Shown here one piece after another: positions 23,850 through 37,824 of a stretch of 64,000 nt of DNA; within the stretch, counting starts at the first letter, position 1; every line of letters starts with the position of its first letter. The stretch spans positions 26,164,001-26,228,000 of the forward strand of contig NC_082731.1 in the NCBI RefSeq assembly GCF_030144855.1, in the 5' to 3' direction. Under the pieces are notes generated by a model. It did not search any database. It was not told where the DNA came from and saw only the letters and a list, made by a program, of their open reading frames with translations. A program made the position numbers and the translations under genes. This DNA is from Hypanus sabinus (Eukaryota).

Positions 23850-26089
23850 CTATTCCTATTCACTTATATGTCTAAATGCTCTATCGTCCGCCCATTCCAA
23901 ATACCGAATAGCAGTGTTGTGAAAAGTTTGCTCCTCAAACTGCATGATTTTTTCTACCTCTCATGTTGAAAGTAAGCCTTTTAATTTTAGAGTTCTATAC
24001 CCAAATAAACGGAGTCTGGCTGTTTCTTTTGTCCATTACGCCGCTGGCGGTTGGGGCAGCAATGAATGTTTTCCATCTATCCTTGGTTACGATCCTGAAA
24101 TAGGTCCTACTGTCCACCACACCCATGCCGACTCTTTTTGCCACTCTTTTAGAATACCATTTGCCTCTAGTAGGATCTTATTCTAAACGTCGCGAATGTA
24201 AATATATGATGTATCGTCGCTTGAATGACAAAGTTCGGAAGAAGCCCAAAAGGTACTAAGTGTAGATATAGTGAAAGCAGGCAGTGTTACAACATTTGTG
24301 CAATATTAGATGAGCACCTGAAGCAGCAGTCATTTGGGGTTCAGCGAATGGGGTCAGTATGGAGAGGCCAGCATTGCGACAGGAAGACAAAGACCTGTCG
24401 ATACCGAAGTATTCAAGTTCCCGTGTTTACTTGTTCGTATATCTTGGATTCCTGGTTTACCTGGACTAATCTTTCACCTTATCAACGCTTCCATTATCCT
24501 GATGTTTTGGACGAGCGTCCGCCCAGCCGCCTGTGGCGGAAAAGTAGGGATTGTCACCAGGAGTCGGCGGAAAGGCTGGACCTTTGTATTCACCTTTGAT
24601 TGCACTGTCATGGGGAATATATATTAAAGTGAAAGAGTTCAGAGGACTATTTTTATTGATGCATAGAAGGAGGAGTATCTATCTCACAAAGTCGGATGAG
24701 GGAGTGGATAGGGACAAAATTCAGTTTTCCTCCCAGCGTTATGGAATAAAGAATGATTTGGTATATGTTTGCAATGAGAGGTGAAAGATATTAAAGGTGC
24801 CGGAGGGAATTATTTCACACAGAGGGTGGTTCATATATCTAATAAGCTGTAATAGGAATTGCTTGACAGAGGTACACAATCAACACTTAAAGAGTAATAC
24901 AACAAGTACGATAATTGGAATGGTTTGTAAGGATATTGACCAATTTTATGAATGGGAATAACATAGATGAACTGCAGGACCTGTGAATCTATTGCTATTA
25001 CTCAATTATTCAAGCATTGCAGCTCGACGCTTCTGTATTGATCCACGGAAGAGACCTAAAGAGCTCACTGGCTGCTACTGACGATGGCCTCGATACTTAA
25101 AATAATGCCAGTCAATCATGAAAAATTATTAATTATATTGTGCCCTCAAATGAAGACAAATTGAAAGAGGAACGATGAAGAGATAAAATTATCAGAAAAC
25201 GCTCTGTAATGTGCTGTAAATTTCTATTTTCTATGTTCTCTTTTTGTCATTTGTATGTTGATTTTACCAGCTGATCAATGTTGTTCAATGCCTGAGAACT
25301 GGAAGACTGCTGTCTTCAATAGCAACAACACTCCCGTTTCTCAGAATTGCTTCAGTTTCCAAAAATTCGTCCCATTTTCTACTGCGAGGAACAGAATTGA
25401 TCATTCTTCAGGAAGCTCTTTAGACCTATCCATGTCCATAATTACTGGAGAAGATCAGCACACTGTTAATAAGAAAATAATGCTGGCCAGAGAATAAGTT
25501 TTCAAATGCTCTTCTTCGGTGCATACCAGCACAGCCAATCATGCTTCTGTCCATCGGTCCAGAAGGACAGATTCATACAAAACAACTCAATAAACATAGA
25601 GGAGTTAGAGGCTGCAGGCCCTGCAACATTTCCAGCCAAGCTCTGTCATTACAATTGCATCTTACATATCTGCTGTACGTTCTCCCACTCATCTTAAAGA
25701 TATACCCGCCATTATTTGACATTTCCACTCTGGAAATAAATAGCACTGTTTATCTACACAGGCTATGTCTTCCATTGATTAACCAATACTCAGGTTGGAC
25801 AAACTTGATTGGGTCTTGACCAAGATCTTTGTGTCCTCTCTGGGCTGGAGAACAATTATTTTGTTCAAGAAGGGAAACACGTATCACCGTAGAAATATGT
25901 AATAAATCCACTCACGTCAGTGGTAGGCCAGATATTGGAGGGAATTCTATGGATTATGGTCCATGAGTATTTGGAATTGGGGGCAGTCAGAATGTTTATA
26001 TGCGGGGTAAATTCTGTCACACTAACGTAATTGAGATTTTCAAGGCGTTGAGAGAAATGATTGGTGAAAATAGACGCATGCTTTTGTAC

Positions 26090-26152
26090 ATATGTATGTG
26101 TGCGTGTGTGTGCCTGTGTGTGTACACATGAGAGAGAGGGAGAGAGAGAGAG
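26090..26152. repeat. (TG)n/(AG)n compound microsatellite
   Basis: tatgtatgtgtgcgtgtgtgtgcctgtgtgtgtacacatgagagagagggagagagagag. Confidence 0.85.
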
Positions 26153-27308
26153 ATTAGTTTATTTATTTATGCATATACTGTACATTTATAAACACATACA
26201 CAATTGTTACTTTGGTGTTTATTTATATTTATATTATAAATCATATATGACCTGGATGAAATGCAGATACATTAGTTGTGTTAGTGTTCTTAGTTGAAGC
26301 AAATATTTGAGATGTTGTGTACAATGCAGAAGATTGCTAGATGATATGGGAGGATATCAATCTGATGCAGATATAATTTGATAAATGTGTTTGTTTGTAA
26401 AATGGTTTATGAATATCGCATCTGCAGAAGTGCAGTGGAAAAACTCCGTTTGCATGTTATGCGTACAGATTAATTCATCACATCAGTACGTCTATGGCAT
26501 GCAAAGGAAATAATAAGAGGATGCAGAATAAAGTATTACAGAGAAAGTGCAATGAAGCAGTCAAGGTGAAATTCATAATGAAGTGGATTGTGAGGTCAGA
26601 ATTCTAAGGAATATGATGTTTAATCTGACTAAATGAGAGGTGTCTCACTTTGGGACATGTGTCTTAAAGCGGCAGTGCACTATTAATCCTAAGATGCTTA
26701 ACAGTATGGATGTTCAAAGTGCTCTTGAGGTCTGTCCATATCTCTCTGAAATTAGCCTAAAAAGTTGTTATGGTAAAAAGATGGCATGTACAGTGGCATG
26801 CTTGTCTTTTTAAGTCAGGATAGTAAGTTCCAGAGTCGGAAAGCAATATTAGGTTTGGGGTTAGTAAATCTAGAAAATTATAGTGTCATAGCTTCTGAAA
26901 TTTTTCACTTAGTTCTGGTCACCCTATTACAGGAAAGATTTTGAGGCTTTGTAGAGGGCGCAAAAGAGGTTTCCCCATTTATCTGTCGTTAGACAGTACA
27001 GGATTAAGGGACATGGTCTATTCGGCCAAATCATTGATACAGGTCCAATTCAACGCAGTATAAAACAATATTCTGCTAATCAGCATGAGAAATATCCGAT
27101 AATCTCCTCTCTTTGTGTTCCACATCATAACCAATCTTCAATATATTAGTATTTTGAAAAAAAAAATGGAACGCCTTCGAAAATTGCGAATACACCACAT
27201 CAGCTTGTTCCCTGTTATTCGCTCACTCAGGTGCATCCCCAAAGAACATGCGATGTGTTAGTTAAACAATTTCCCTTTCACGTAACCAGGCTAGCATCTC
27301 CTTAACGG

Positions 27309-30300
27309 AATATAGAACATAGAACGTAGAGCACATTACAGGACCTTCGGCCCACAATGTTGTGCCGACCTGCAATCCCTGCCTCCCATATAACCCCCAC
27401 TTTAAATTCCTCCATATACCTGTCTAGTTGTCTCTTAAACTTCACGAGTGTATCTGTCTCCACCACTGATTCAGGCAGTGCATTCCACGCACCAAACACT
27501 CTCAGAGCGAAAAACCTTCCTCTAATATCCCCCTTGAACTTCCCTCCCCTTATCTTAAAGCCATGTCCTCTTGTACTGAGCAGTAGTGCCCTGAGGAAGA
27601 GGCGCTGGCTTTCCACTCTGTCTATTCCTCTAAATATCTTGTACACCTCTATCATGTCTCCACTCATCCTCCTTCTCTCCAAAGAGTAAAGCCCTAGCTC
27701 CCTTAATCACTGATCATAATCCATACTCTCTAAACCAGACAGCATCCTGGTAAATCTCCTCTGTACCCTTTCCAAAGCTTCCACATCCTTCCTATAGTGA
27801 GACGACCAGAACTGGACACAGTACTCTAAGTGTGGCCTAACTAGTGATTTATAGAGCTGCATCATTTCATCGCGACTCTTAAACTCTATCCCTCGACTTA
27901 TGAAAGCTAGCACCCCATAAGCTTTCTTAACTACACTATCTACCTGTGAGGCAACTTTCAGGGATCTGTGGACATGTACTCCCAGATCACTCTGCTCCTC
28001 TACACTGCCAAGTATCCTGCCACTTACTTTGTACTCTGCCTTGGATTTTGTCCTTCCAAAGTTTACGACCTCACACTTCTTTGGGTTGAACTCCATCTGC
28101 CACTTCTCAGCCCACTTTTGCATCCGATCAATGTCTCCATGCAATCTTCGACAATCCTCTACACTATCTACACCACCTCCAACATTTGTGTCGTCTGCAA
28201 ACTTGCCAACCAACTCTTCTACCCCCACATCCAGGTCGTTCATAAAAATCACAAAAAGTAGAGGTCCCAGAACAGATCCTTGTGGGCCATCACTAGTCAC
28301 AACTCTCCAGTCTGAATGTACTCCCTCCATCAGGGCTCTCTGCCTTCTGCAGGCAAGCCAATTCTGAATCCACCTGGCTAAACTTCCCTGGATCCCATGC
28401 ATTCTGACTTTCTGAATAAGCCTACCATGTGGAACCTTGTCAAATGCCTTACTAAAATCCATGTAGATCACTTCCACTGCACGACCCTCATCTGTATGCC
28501 TGGTCACCTCCTCAAGGAACACTATCAGGCTTGTTAGGCACGATCTGCCCTTCACAAAGCCATGCTGACTGTCCCTGATCAGACCATGATTCTCTAAATG
28601 CCCATAGATCCTATCGCTAAAAATCTTTTCCAACGGCTTTCCCACACAGACGTAAGGTTCACTGGTCTATAATTACGCGGACTATCCCTGCTACCTTTTT
28701 TTGAACAAGGGGACAACATTCGCCTCCCTCTAAACCTCCGGTAGCATTCCCGTGGACAACGAGGACATAAAGACCCTAGCCAGAGGCTCAGAAATCTCTT
28801 CGCTTGCCTCGTGGAGCAGCCTGGGGAATATTCCGTCAGGCCCTGTGGACTTATCTGTCCTAATGTATTTTAACAATTCCAACACCTCCTCTCCATTAAT
28901 ATTAACATGCTTCAGAACGTCAACCTCACTCATATTGTCCTCACCGTCAGCAATTTCTTTTTCAGTGGTCATTCAGGACCTCGCTCACTTCCATAGCCTC
29001 CAGGCATATGTTCCCAGTTTTATCTCTAATCGGTCCTACCTTCACTCCTGTCATCCTTTTGTTCTTCACATAATTGAAGAATGCCTTGGGGTTTTCCTTT
29101 ACCCTGCTCGCCAAGGCCTTCTTATGCCCCCTTCTTGCTCTTCTCAGCCCCTTCGTAAGCTCCTTTCTTGCTACCCTGTATTGCTCAATAGATCCATCTG
29201 ATCCTTGCTTCCTAAACCTCAAGTACGTGCCTTCTTCCACCTGTCCAGATTTTCCACATCACTTGTCACCCATGGTTCCTTCACCTTACCATTATTTATC
29301 TTCCTCACCGGAAAAAAAAAAATTATCCCAAACATCCTGCAAGATATCCCTAAACATTGACCACATGTCCATCGTACATTTCAGTTGCAAAAACATCATC
29401 CTAATCCACACCCGCAAGTTCTAGTCTTATAGCCTCAAAATTTGCCCTTACCCAATTAAAAACGTTCCTGTCCCCTCTGATTCTATCCTTTTCCATGATA
29501 ATGCTTAAGGTCAGGGAGCTGTGATCACTGTCCCCCAGATGCTCACCCACTGATAGAACTGTGACCTGACCCGGTTCGTGACCTAATACTAGATCTAGTA
29601 TGGCTTTACCCCTAATCGGCCTGTCAACATACTGTGACAGGAATCCATCCTGGACACACTTAACAAACTCTGCCCTATCTAAACCATTGGAACTAATCAA
29701 GTGCCAATCAATATTAGAGAAGTTAAAGTCACCCATGATAACAACCCTGTTATTTTTGCACCTTTCCAAAATCTGCCTCACAATCTGCTCCTCGGTATCT
29801 CTGCTGCTACTAGAGGACCTATAGAATACACCCAGTTGAGTAACTGCTCCCTTCCTGTTCCTGACTTCCACCCATACAGAGTCAAAAGAGGATCCTGCTA
29901 CATTACCCACCCTTTCTGCAGCTGTAATAGTATCCCTGACCAGTAATGCCACCCCTCCTCCCATTTTCCCCCTCTCTATCCCTTTTAAAGCACTGAAATC
30001 CAGGAATATTGAGAATCCATTCCTACCCTGGTGCCAGCCAAGTCTCCGTAAAGGCCACTACATCATAATTCCATGTATGTATCCAAGCTCGCAGTTCATC
30101 ACCTTTGTTCCTGATGCTTCTTGCATTGAAGTACACGCACTTTAGCCCTTCTACCTTACTACGTTTACACCCTTTATTCCGCTTCTCTTTCCTGAAAGCC
30201 TCTCTATTTTTTGGATCTGGCTTTACTCCATGCACTTTTTTCACTGCTCCATCGCTCCGGGTCACATCCCCCTTGTAAATTAGTTTAAACCCTCACGACC

Positions 30301-30393
30301 CATGCTAGCAAACCTACCTGCAAGGATATTGCTCCCCCTCTAGTTCAGGTGCAACCCATTCAATCTGTACAGTTCCCACTTTCTCCAGAAGAG
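27309..30393 (-). mobile_element. CR1 LINE with ORF2 APE endonuclease and RT, 5'-truncated
   Basis: Open 312-aa RT ORF 27707-28645 (YMDFSKAFDKVPH, GPQGSVLGPLLF, FADD). APE ORFs at 29401-29964 (VVIMGDFNFSNIDW, SDHS) and 30023-30265 (YFNARSIRNK, AFTETWL). (ATAGAAC)n tail. Same family as 5873-7860. Confidence 0.95.
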
Positions 30394-31049
30394 AATCATC
30401 TGATTATTTTCATGGTGTACAACAAAAATAATCTGCATCATAACCGATGCTAGCAATCTTCTCATCACAAACGTTTGTCTGAAATATGTCCCTGTCCGCT
30501 CTTGATTTAATAAGGGGTTGCGTTTGCTATCCATCAATTCACAGCAACATTTATGGATCCAGAGTATCTATCAGCTCTGTAGTCTCTTTCTTCAAATACT
30601 GAAATGCAAATCGTCGGTTATTGGCCTTTTCTTCGCCTGTTAGTGGATCACTTAGTTCGGAGAAGTGATGTCCATGCTGACCTCCGTGAGCGCTATATCC
30701 TTCCATTTGTTGCGACATTCATATATCCTGCTGGGGGGTTAACCGACCACTTCAAATTCCCACTCAGTGCATTTAATGGCAAAAGTAAACGTACCGTTTT
30801 GGAACTGGTATGTGCGGAGATGGGTTTGGTGTGTTCTATTTCTCTTGGAATAACTGGAGTGTGAATGGAATTATAAGATTTTTCCTCAGCAGGAGGTGCT
30901 GTATCTAAATGCGCATAGTTGTCACAAAGGGGAAGGAGCCCAAAAAGCTGAAAGACCTATAGATACATAGATCACCCGGACCAGAGGAACTGCACCCTGG
31001 GGTTCAAAAAGGGGTAGCTTTAGAGATTGTGGTGGCAATAGAAATTACT

Positions 31050-33735
31050 TGATTGTGGCATGGTGTTAGAGTACTGAAAAATTGCAGATGTTACTCCACT
31101 CTATAAGAACGAGAGCAACTAGACGAGAAATGAGGAACGGAAAAATATAGCATGAAAGTAAATTAGCACAAAATATAAAAACATATAGCAAAAGTTTTTT
31201 ATCAATATATAAAGCGGAATAGGATAGCTAAAGTCAACGTAGGTACCTCGCATGACAAGAAGGAGAAATTGATATTAAGTGATAAGGAATTTGCTGAGGC
31301 ATTGAACGACTATTTTGTATCGGTCTTCACGGTGGAGGACACGTCTAATATGCCAAAGAAGTATGTTGTGGACGGAATGGGAAGTGAGGACCCAGATAAA
31401 GTCACTGTCACTAAAAAGATAATGAGAAAACTAGAGAGCCTGAAGGTAGATTAAGTCCCCTGATCCTGATAGGATGCATCACAAAGTGCTGAAGAAATTG
31501 TGGAGCTTACAGTAGACGCGTTGGTAATCATTTTATCAAAACTCTCTAGACTCTGGGCAGGTCCTGGTGGATTGCAAGACAGCAAATGTCACGCCATTTT
31601 TAAAAAGGATGTAGGCAAAAGACGGGTGACTATAGGCCTGTTAGCTTAATATCTGTAGTCGAGAAAATGCTTGAAGATGTCATTAAGGAAGAAATAACGA
31701 AACATTTAGAAAGCAGTGGTTCCATTAGAAAGACTCAGCATGAATTCAGAAAGGACAGGTCCTGTTTAACAAACTTACTGGAGTTCTTTGAGGACATAGT
31801 GACTGCACTGGATAGAGGGGAACAAGTGGATGTCGTATATTTGGATTTCCAGAAGGCGTTCGATAAGATGCTGCACAAGAGACTTCAAGTCAAGTCAAGT
31901 AAAGTTACTCTTATTATCATTTCAACGATAACTGCTGGTACAGTACATAGTAAAAATGAGACAACATTTTCCAGGGCCATGGTGTTACATGACACAGTGC
32001 AAAATCTAGACTGAACTACGTAAAAAGAAAACAACAACACAGGGGGAAAAAAACAACTACACTAGACTACAGACCTACATATGACTACATAAAGTGCACA
32101 AAACACTGCAGGCAATACAATAAATGATAAACAGGACAATTGGGCAGTAAGGTGTCAGTCCAGGCTCTGGGTATTGAGGAGTCTGATAGCTTGGGGGAAG
32201 AAACCATTACATAATCTGGTCTTCAGAGCCCGAATGTTTCGATGCCTTTCCTCGACACGGATGCGTGGAGTCAATGAAGGGTATTTGCATGGATAGTAGA
32301 TTGGTTAACCAATAGAAGGCAAAGAGTTGGTATAATTGGTGTTGGTGGATTTTTAAAGGAGGAATACAGAAGAAAGAAAATTATAGACCAGTTAGTCTGA
32401 GAATAGTTGGGAAGACGTTGCAGTCAATTGCTAAATTTGAGGTGATGGAGTATTTGTTGACAGAGGACAAGATAGTACAAAATCAGCATGGTTTTCTTCA
32501 GAAAGAACGTATTAGAATTCCTTGAGGTGATTACAAGTAGGATAAATAAAGGGGATGCGGTGGATGTTGTATATTTGGACATTGAGAAGGCCTTTGACAA
32601 GATGCCACACATGAGGTTGCTTACCAAGTTAAGAGTCCATGGTATTACAGGAAAGTTACTAGTATGTTTAGAGCATTGGCTAATTGGTGGGAATCAGCGG
32701 GTGAGAATAAAAGGAAACTTTTCTGGTTGTCTGCCAGTGACTACTAGTGTTATCGAGAGATCGGTGTAGGGACCTCTTCTTTTTTCATGCTGTATATAAA
32801 TGATTTAGATGATGGAATAGATTGCTTTGCAGATTATACGAAGTTTTGTGGAAAGAGATAGTGTTGTGGAAACGGATGGGTTAAGAAGGATTTAGACAGA
32901 TTGGGAGACCGGGAAACGAACTGGAAAATGAAATACACTGTTGGAAAAATGCATGGTCACGCATTTTGGTAGTAGAAATAAATGTGCGGACTGTTTTCTA
33001 AATGGGGAGGAAATCCAGGAATCTGAAATTCAGGTGGACTTGGGAGTCCTTATTCAGAATACCCTAAAGGTTAACTTGCAGGTAGACTCGGTGGTAGGGA
33101 AGGAAAATGCTCTGTTAGCATTCATTTCAAGAGGTCTAGAATAGAAGAGCAAGGATGTGATGCTGAAACTTTATAACGTATATAAACCTTGGGTATTGTG
33201 AACAGTTTTTGCTCCCTCGTCTTAGAAAAGATGTGTTGACATTGGAGAGGGTCTAGTGAAGGTTAACAAGCATGAATCCAGGAATGAAAGGGTTATCATA
33301 CGAGGACGTTTGGCGGTCCAGGGTCTGCTCTCGCAGGATTGCAGAAGCCTGACCGGCGATCTAATTAAAAGCTTTCGAATGTTGAAAGGCCTAAGAGTAG
33401 ATGAGGAAACGATGTTTCCCATGCTGGGAGAGTCTAGGATAAGAGGGCACAGCCGCAGGATAGAGGGGCGCCCGTTGAAAACGCAGATGCGAATGTTTTT
33501 CTTTAGACAATGTGTGGTGAATTTCCGGAATTTGTTGCCACATGCAGGTATGGAGGTCTGCTAGTCGGGTGCACATAAGGTGGAAATTGATAGGTTCCTG
33601 ATTGAGCATGGCATTAAAGGTTACAGGGAGTAGGGCGGGAAATGGGGTTGAGGAGGAGATGGAAAAAAGCGAATCAGCCATGATTGAATGGCGAGCAGAC
33701 TTGATGGGCAAAATGGTCTAATTCTGCTCCTATGT
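31050..33735 (+). mobile_element. Cluster of decayed CR1 RT fragments
   Basis: ORFs ...VDVVYLDFQKAFDKMLHKRL and ...DVVYLDIEKAFDKMPHMRL; CR1 3' end ctcctatgtcttctggtcttatg near 33730. Confidence 0.85.
31886..32255 (-). mobile_element. Rex1/Babar- or L2-type LINE 3' tail inserted in CR1
   Basis: (CAAGT)3 tail at 31886-31900 interrupts the CR1 RT at HKRL; the CR1 resumes near 32256 (acggatgcgtggagtc). Confidence 0.55.
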
Positions 33736-35229
33736 CTTCTGGTCTTATGAGTTGTCACAGGATAGTCACAATAAGCTGCCCAGGATTATTAATTTGCCTA
33801 ACTGTATTAATCAGTCTCCGCCTGAAACATCGATTGTCCGTTCACTCACATTGATGCTGCTGAATCCTCCTGCATTTTGTGTATGTTACTTTGGATTTCC
33901 AGCATCTACAAAATGTCCTGTGTTTTTGATCACCTACCTGTCGCCTCTTCATCTATATATCGGCCGCCCTCTACTGGAGGTACTGTTATGCTTAAATTAA
34001 ATTCATGCTGAAGTTAGAAAATTGAATGCTCACATGATTCAAACTTCTGAACTGATCACTCAGTTTCCATGTGAAGCCTAAATCGATCAACTTGGGTCTC
34101 CTTCATAAACATGCATCTCTAGTCTGTTGGAAGTAACAGGTATTTTCTCATCCGAATGCAAACAAAGTACTACATATTTTGAGTGACGTGAAGCCAAATA
34201 ATTTAACGTTCAATTACGAACAATGAATGTGATAGACTCCCATTTCTAATTTTTGCATAGGATTGCAATTTCCGTTTCTCTGCCATTACTGGTACGTAGG
34301 AAGCACACAATCAAGAAGCCGATTTGTGTCATTGTGCCACTGGTGACTCTTGGAGTCAGATATGCAGCTGGATCCATCCAAAGTTACATTTTGCATCCGC
34401 ATCACATTAACCTATCCCTCTATCGATATCTCTTTGAAAGCTCTACTGACTCTGGTGCAACAGCATTCCGAGTGTTCCTTTCTCAGTCTAAGGAATAGAA
34501 ATCCTTTCCCTTTTGCCCTGCAGTTGTTTTTGCGTTGTTTGTTTGTGTTTTTTTTCATCACCGCGTCCTCTTACTAACAAATACCTGTACGGTTTGCTCT
34601 TAATGAGGTTGTACAGAATACTGTGAGAAACAGATATAGTGAGTTGTCATTGAGTACTTCCCATCGCAGGGCCGGTTAAAGTCAGCATACAGGTATTTAA
34701 GGCCAGAAGGATAAATTTTAATGAGGAACCGAGGGAGGAACATTTTTCACACTAAGTAGCTGACACTTAGAATGACTTTCCGATGGACATCATAGTCATA
34801 GAGACATACAACATGGAAACAAACCCTTCTCCATGAAGACATTTAAGTATGAAGAAAAGAAAGGGAAATAGTATTAGTACAAATGTGATTAGTATATGTA
34901 GTTCTGATAGCCTGTACAGGTACAGTGGGACTAGAAGTATGGCATTATTATTTTATTTGTTCAATAAAAATTCTCTGTAGTTGTCGAACTCGCAATAACA
35001 TGCATCATTGCAGCCTGCAGGTATCTTGCCAGTATGTATTAATTAAATTTTAAAGCAGGGCGGTCAGGCCCTGACTGCACATGTTTGGCTCCCTCTACTG
35101 CTCCTTTAGAGATGCTCAATTTCCGATTCTGCCGTTTTATTTATGAATACAACGAGGGCTGTAGACAGCGGGAAGCTCAGTAGGCTAGAGAACAGATCGA
35201 ATGAGCAATTTCCCACCAACATTATAAAG

Positions 35230-35975
35230 CAATAGAGACACAAGTAAGTGGTGACATCGTACATGGATTATCTAATGAGCCAGTGTGGCTAGAACTCAGA
35301 AACAGGAAAGAAGGGATCACTTTATCTGGAGGCATATTTTGAAAATGGTGGAAACTAATAGGTTGTTGTTTTGCGTGACTTCAACTTCCCTAATATTAAC
35401 GGACACCTCCTTGTTACAAAAGGTTCAGAAATGGTGAAATTTGTTTGGTGTGTACAGGAGGAATTACAAACATGATATGCAGAGAAGATGACTGGAGAAG
35501 ATTCGATACTGGATAAGGTACCAGGCAATGAATCTGGTTAGATGTCAAATCCCTTGGCGTGTGAACATTTCGAATAGTGTGACTATAACTTTATTACCTT
35601 GAGAATAAGCTTAGAACGTGATAGGAGCAAACGGTATGGTGAAGAACATAATAGGTGGAAGGGATAATGCCGTTAGCCAGGAAATTTGGAGCGTAAAGTG
35701 GGAGCAGATGTACTCCGGGAAATGCACAATGTAAATGTTGATAACTTTAAAGAAGTATTCGGATGGGGTTCTGATTTGATTGTTCCTATTGATGCAGGGA
35801 AAGTATAGTAGGGTGAAGGAGCAACAGATGGCAAGTTATAGGTACATCTAGTCAAAAGGAACAAAGAAGCTTACTTAAGGTTTAGGAAACAAGGAACAAA
35901 CGAGCTCTGCAAAGTTACGGGCTAACAAGAAGGAGCTGACGAATAGACAGGATAGCTCGAAGGAGGCATCAGAAA
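35230..35975 (+). mobile_element. Highly decayed CR1 APE-region fragment
   Basis: gtgtggctagaactcagaaacagg, gacttcaacttccctaatattaac and cttaaggtttaggaaacaagg match the APE/linker region of the younger CR1 copies. Confidence 0.7.
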
Positions 35976-36083
35976 GCAGTCGGCGCTCTACACCGGGCAG
36001 GGATGCGCCCAATTAGAATGCTCTCCGCAATATATCTGTAGAACTCTGCTGGAGTTCTTGGTCTCAGACCCCCGTACCTTCCT

Positions 36084-37824
36084 TGTGAAACCCCTTCGTT
36101 TCCTTGGCTGTGAAAGTCTAAGGAAGACAATCTCTCACCCCAAACCCCTATTTGTGTGGTTGTTGTGTAATTTTCTCCCCTATTACAAATTAGAACCATA
36201 ATATAACAAATCGTACACTGCATACGATTAAAATATTATATTTATGAATCTTAATTTGACTAAACGGTTAGGAAAGTAAAAAACAAAAACGGAAATGGCC
36301 CATTTTAATCAAACTGTTAAATGTGCACAAGTTGGAACTCCAAGTTTCTCCACAGTCACCGATCCTCAATCGATCTCGTCCCTAGCTTCGTCGAATCACG
36401 GCCCCGCTCTGGATCAAATACTATGACCTCTTCTCCACTGCGTCTTCCTCCTTCATCTCTTCTCGAACAAAAGCCCCGAGCCCAAATGTGGTGGCCCTGA
36501 CCAGTGAGACTTCCCTTTAAGTCGACCATCCTAATTAGATGGCACACATTTCTCCTCATCTCTTATCTTCAACAATACCCAAACAAGCTGAAAACAGAAC
36601 AGACTTTTCTTACAGAACTGCTAAATGAATTAAATACAGTAAAAATCTGCACCAGGTCATTGCACTCTCACCACACCAAAATAGTCATGTCCTCATAAAT
36701 TTGAAATAATTTGTCATCTCGTATTAACAACATCGCTTTCAAAGGGATTTTGTGATGTCAGCACCTCTAATCGATTTGTAGAGTGCAGTGACATATCTCA
36801 ACAGTGGCCTATTCGTAGTACTCTGTTCCACTGGTGCTACATAGGCCTACCTATCTGGGGGTCTTTTCAGCTTTTAAGACCTCCTTACCACGTCATCAAC
36901 TTCTTCAGTTTCAGACAGGAATACTTCTGGTTTATATGGCGAGGCCTACTCCGATCTATCCTGCGTTCATTTCCGCAACTGGAATCCCTCTGCCATTTGG
37001 CTGAGCTCAGCTATATCCCCAGTTATTTCAGGGACCAGCTCCCGTTCATTATCCAGCTGTAAGCCTGCCTGAGCAGTGCTAAGCACCCAACCCCCGCCCC
37101 GCCACCACCTCTACCATTTAACCTGTCTCAGCGTGAGAAAGGTTGGGGGTATCTTCCTCAATTATTGGGCAGCATTTACCACAGCTCCATTTGCTCATGC
37201 TCTGAGTCTGTATCCGTATCCCACTCAGGTGCGGCCGCCGGTTTGATCCTTTCTGCTGCTGGTCCTTCAGTCATCGACATTGCGGAACAGTCCTCTTACT
37301 GAGTGTAGGATCCAGGTAGGACTCCTGGGCAATATGCACCTCCTGTCCCAGAAGCAGAAGGTGGTTTCGATGGAGAATCTTGACAGGCCCATTCCCAACC
37401 TTCGGTTTCATCCAGAAAACTGGGACGTTTGGCATCTGACTCTCCACGATATAGGACGTAGCCGCCCAGCCGTCATGTAACTTACGCTTCCGAGTAGCTC
37501 CAAATTCTTTAGGCGGACTCGTCCTCCAGGCATGAGTTGTGGGAAACTAACCTTTTGATCATGACTCCTCTTATTTCTTTGATCCTGCTTGGTAGCCACG
37601 ACCTCAGCTAATTCATGAGCCTTTTCAGCTCCCTTCTTATATCAGACACATAAGATATGTCTTATCGTATGAGGAGTTTCCTATCGTTCACACTTCAGGT
37701 AAGTCTTCGGTGGTAGATCTTCCTCGCAGATCCCTGAACAGTGGTCAACGGGCAACCTCACCTCGCGCCTAAACATCAGATAATATGGCGAGTATCTAAG
37801 GTACGGCATGGTATGTTAAGTGAC
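36084..37824 (-). mobile_element. Ty3/Gypsy 3' end: 3' LTR (36084-36664), PPT and integrase C-terminus
   Basis: LTR TGTGAAACC...ATTGCA is homologous to 46321-47129; PPT (ctctcaccacacc on +) follows 36664. Integrase pieces YSPYYLMFRREVRLPVD and QLMPGGRVRLKNL...PVKILHRNHLL. Confidence 0.85.

Noticed and set aside
25136-25200. TATTGTG followed by NEDKL as a pseudo-J
   Set aside because: No nonamer, no FGxG and no donor.
25965-26012. FGIG motif with a downstream gtaaat donor
   Set aside because: Upstream stop, no RSS and the downstream residues do not fit a J.
34253-34498. V-like phrases (EADLCHCATGD, STDSGAT)
   Set aside because: The region overlaps a decayed reverse CR1 tail and the motifs are in different frames.
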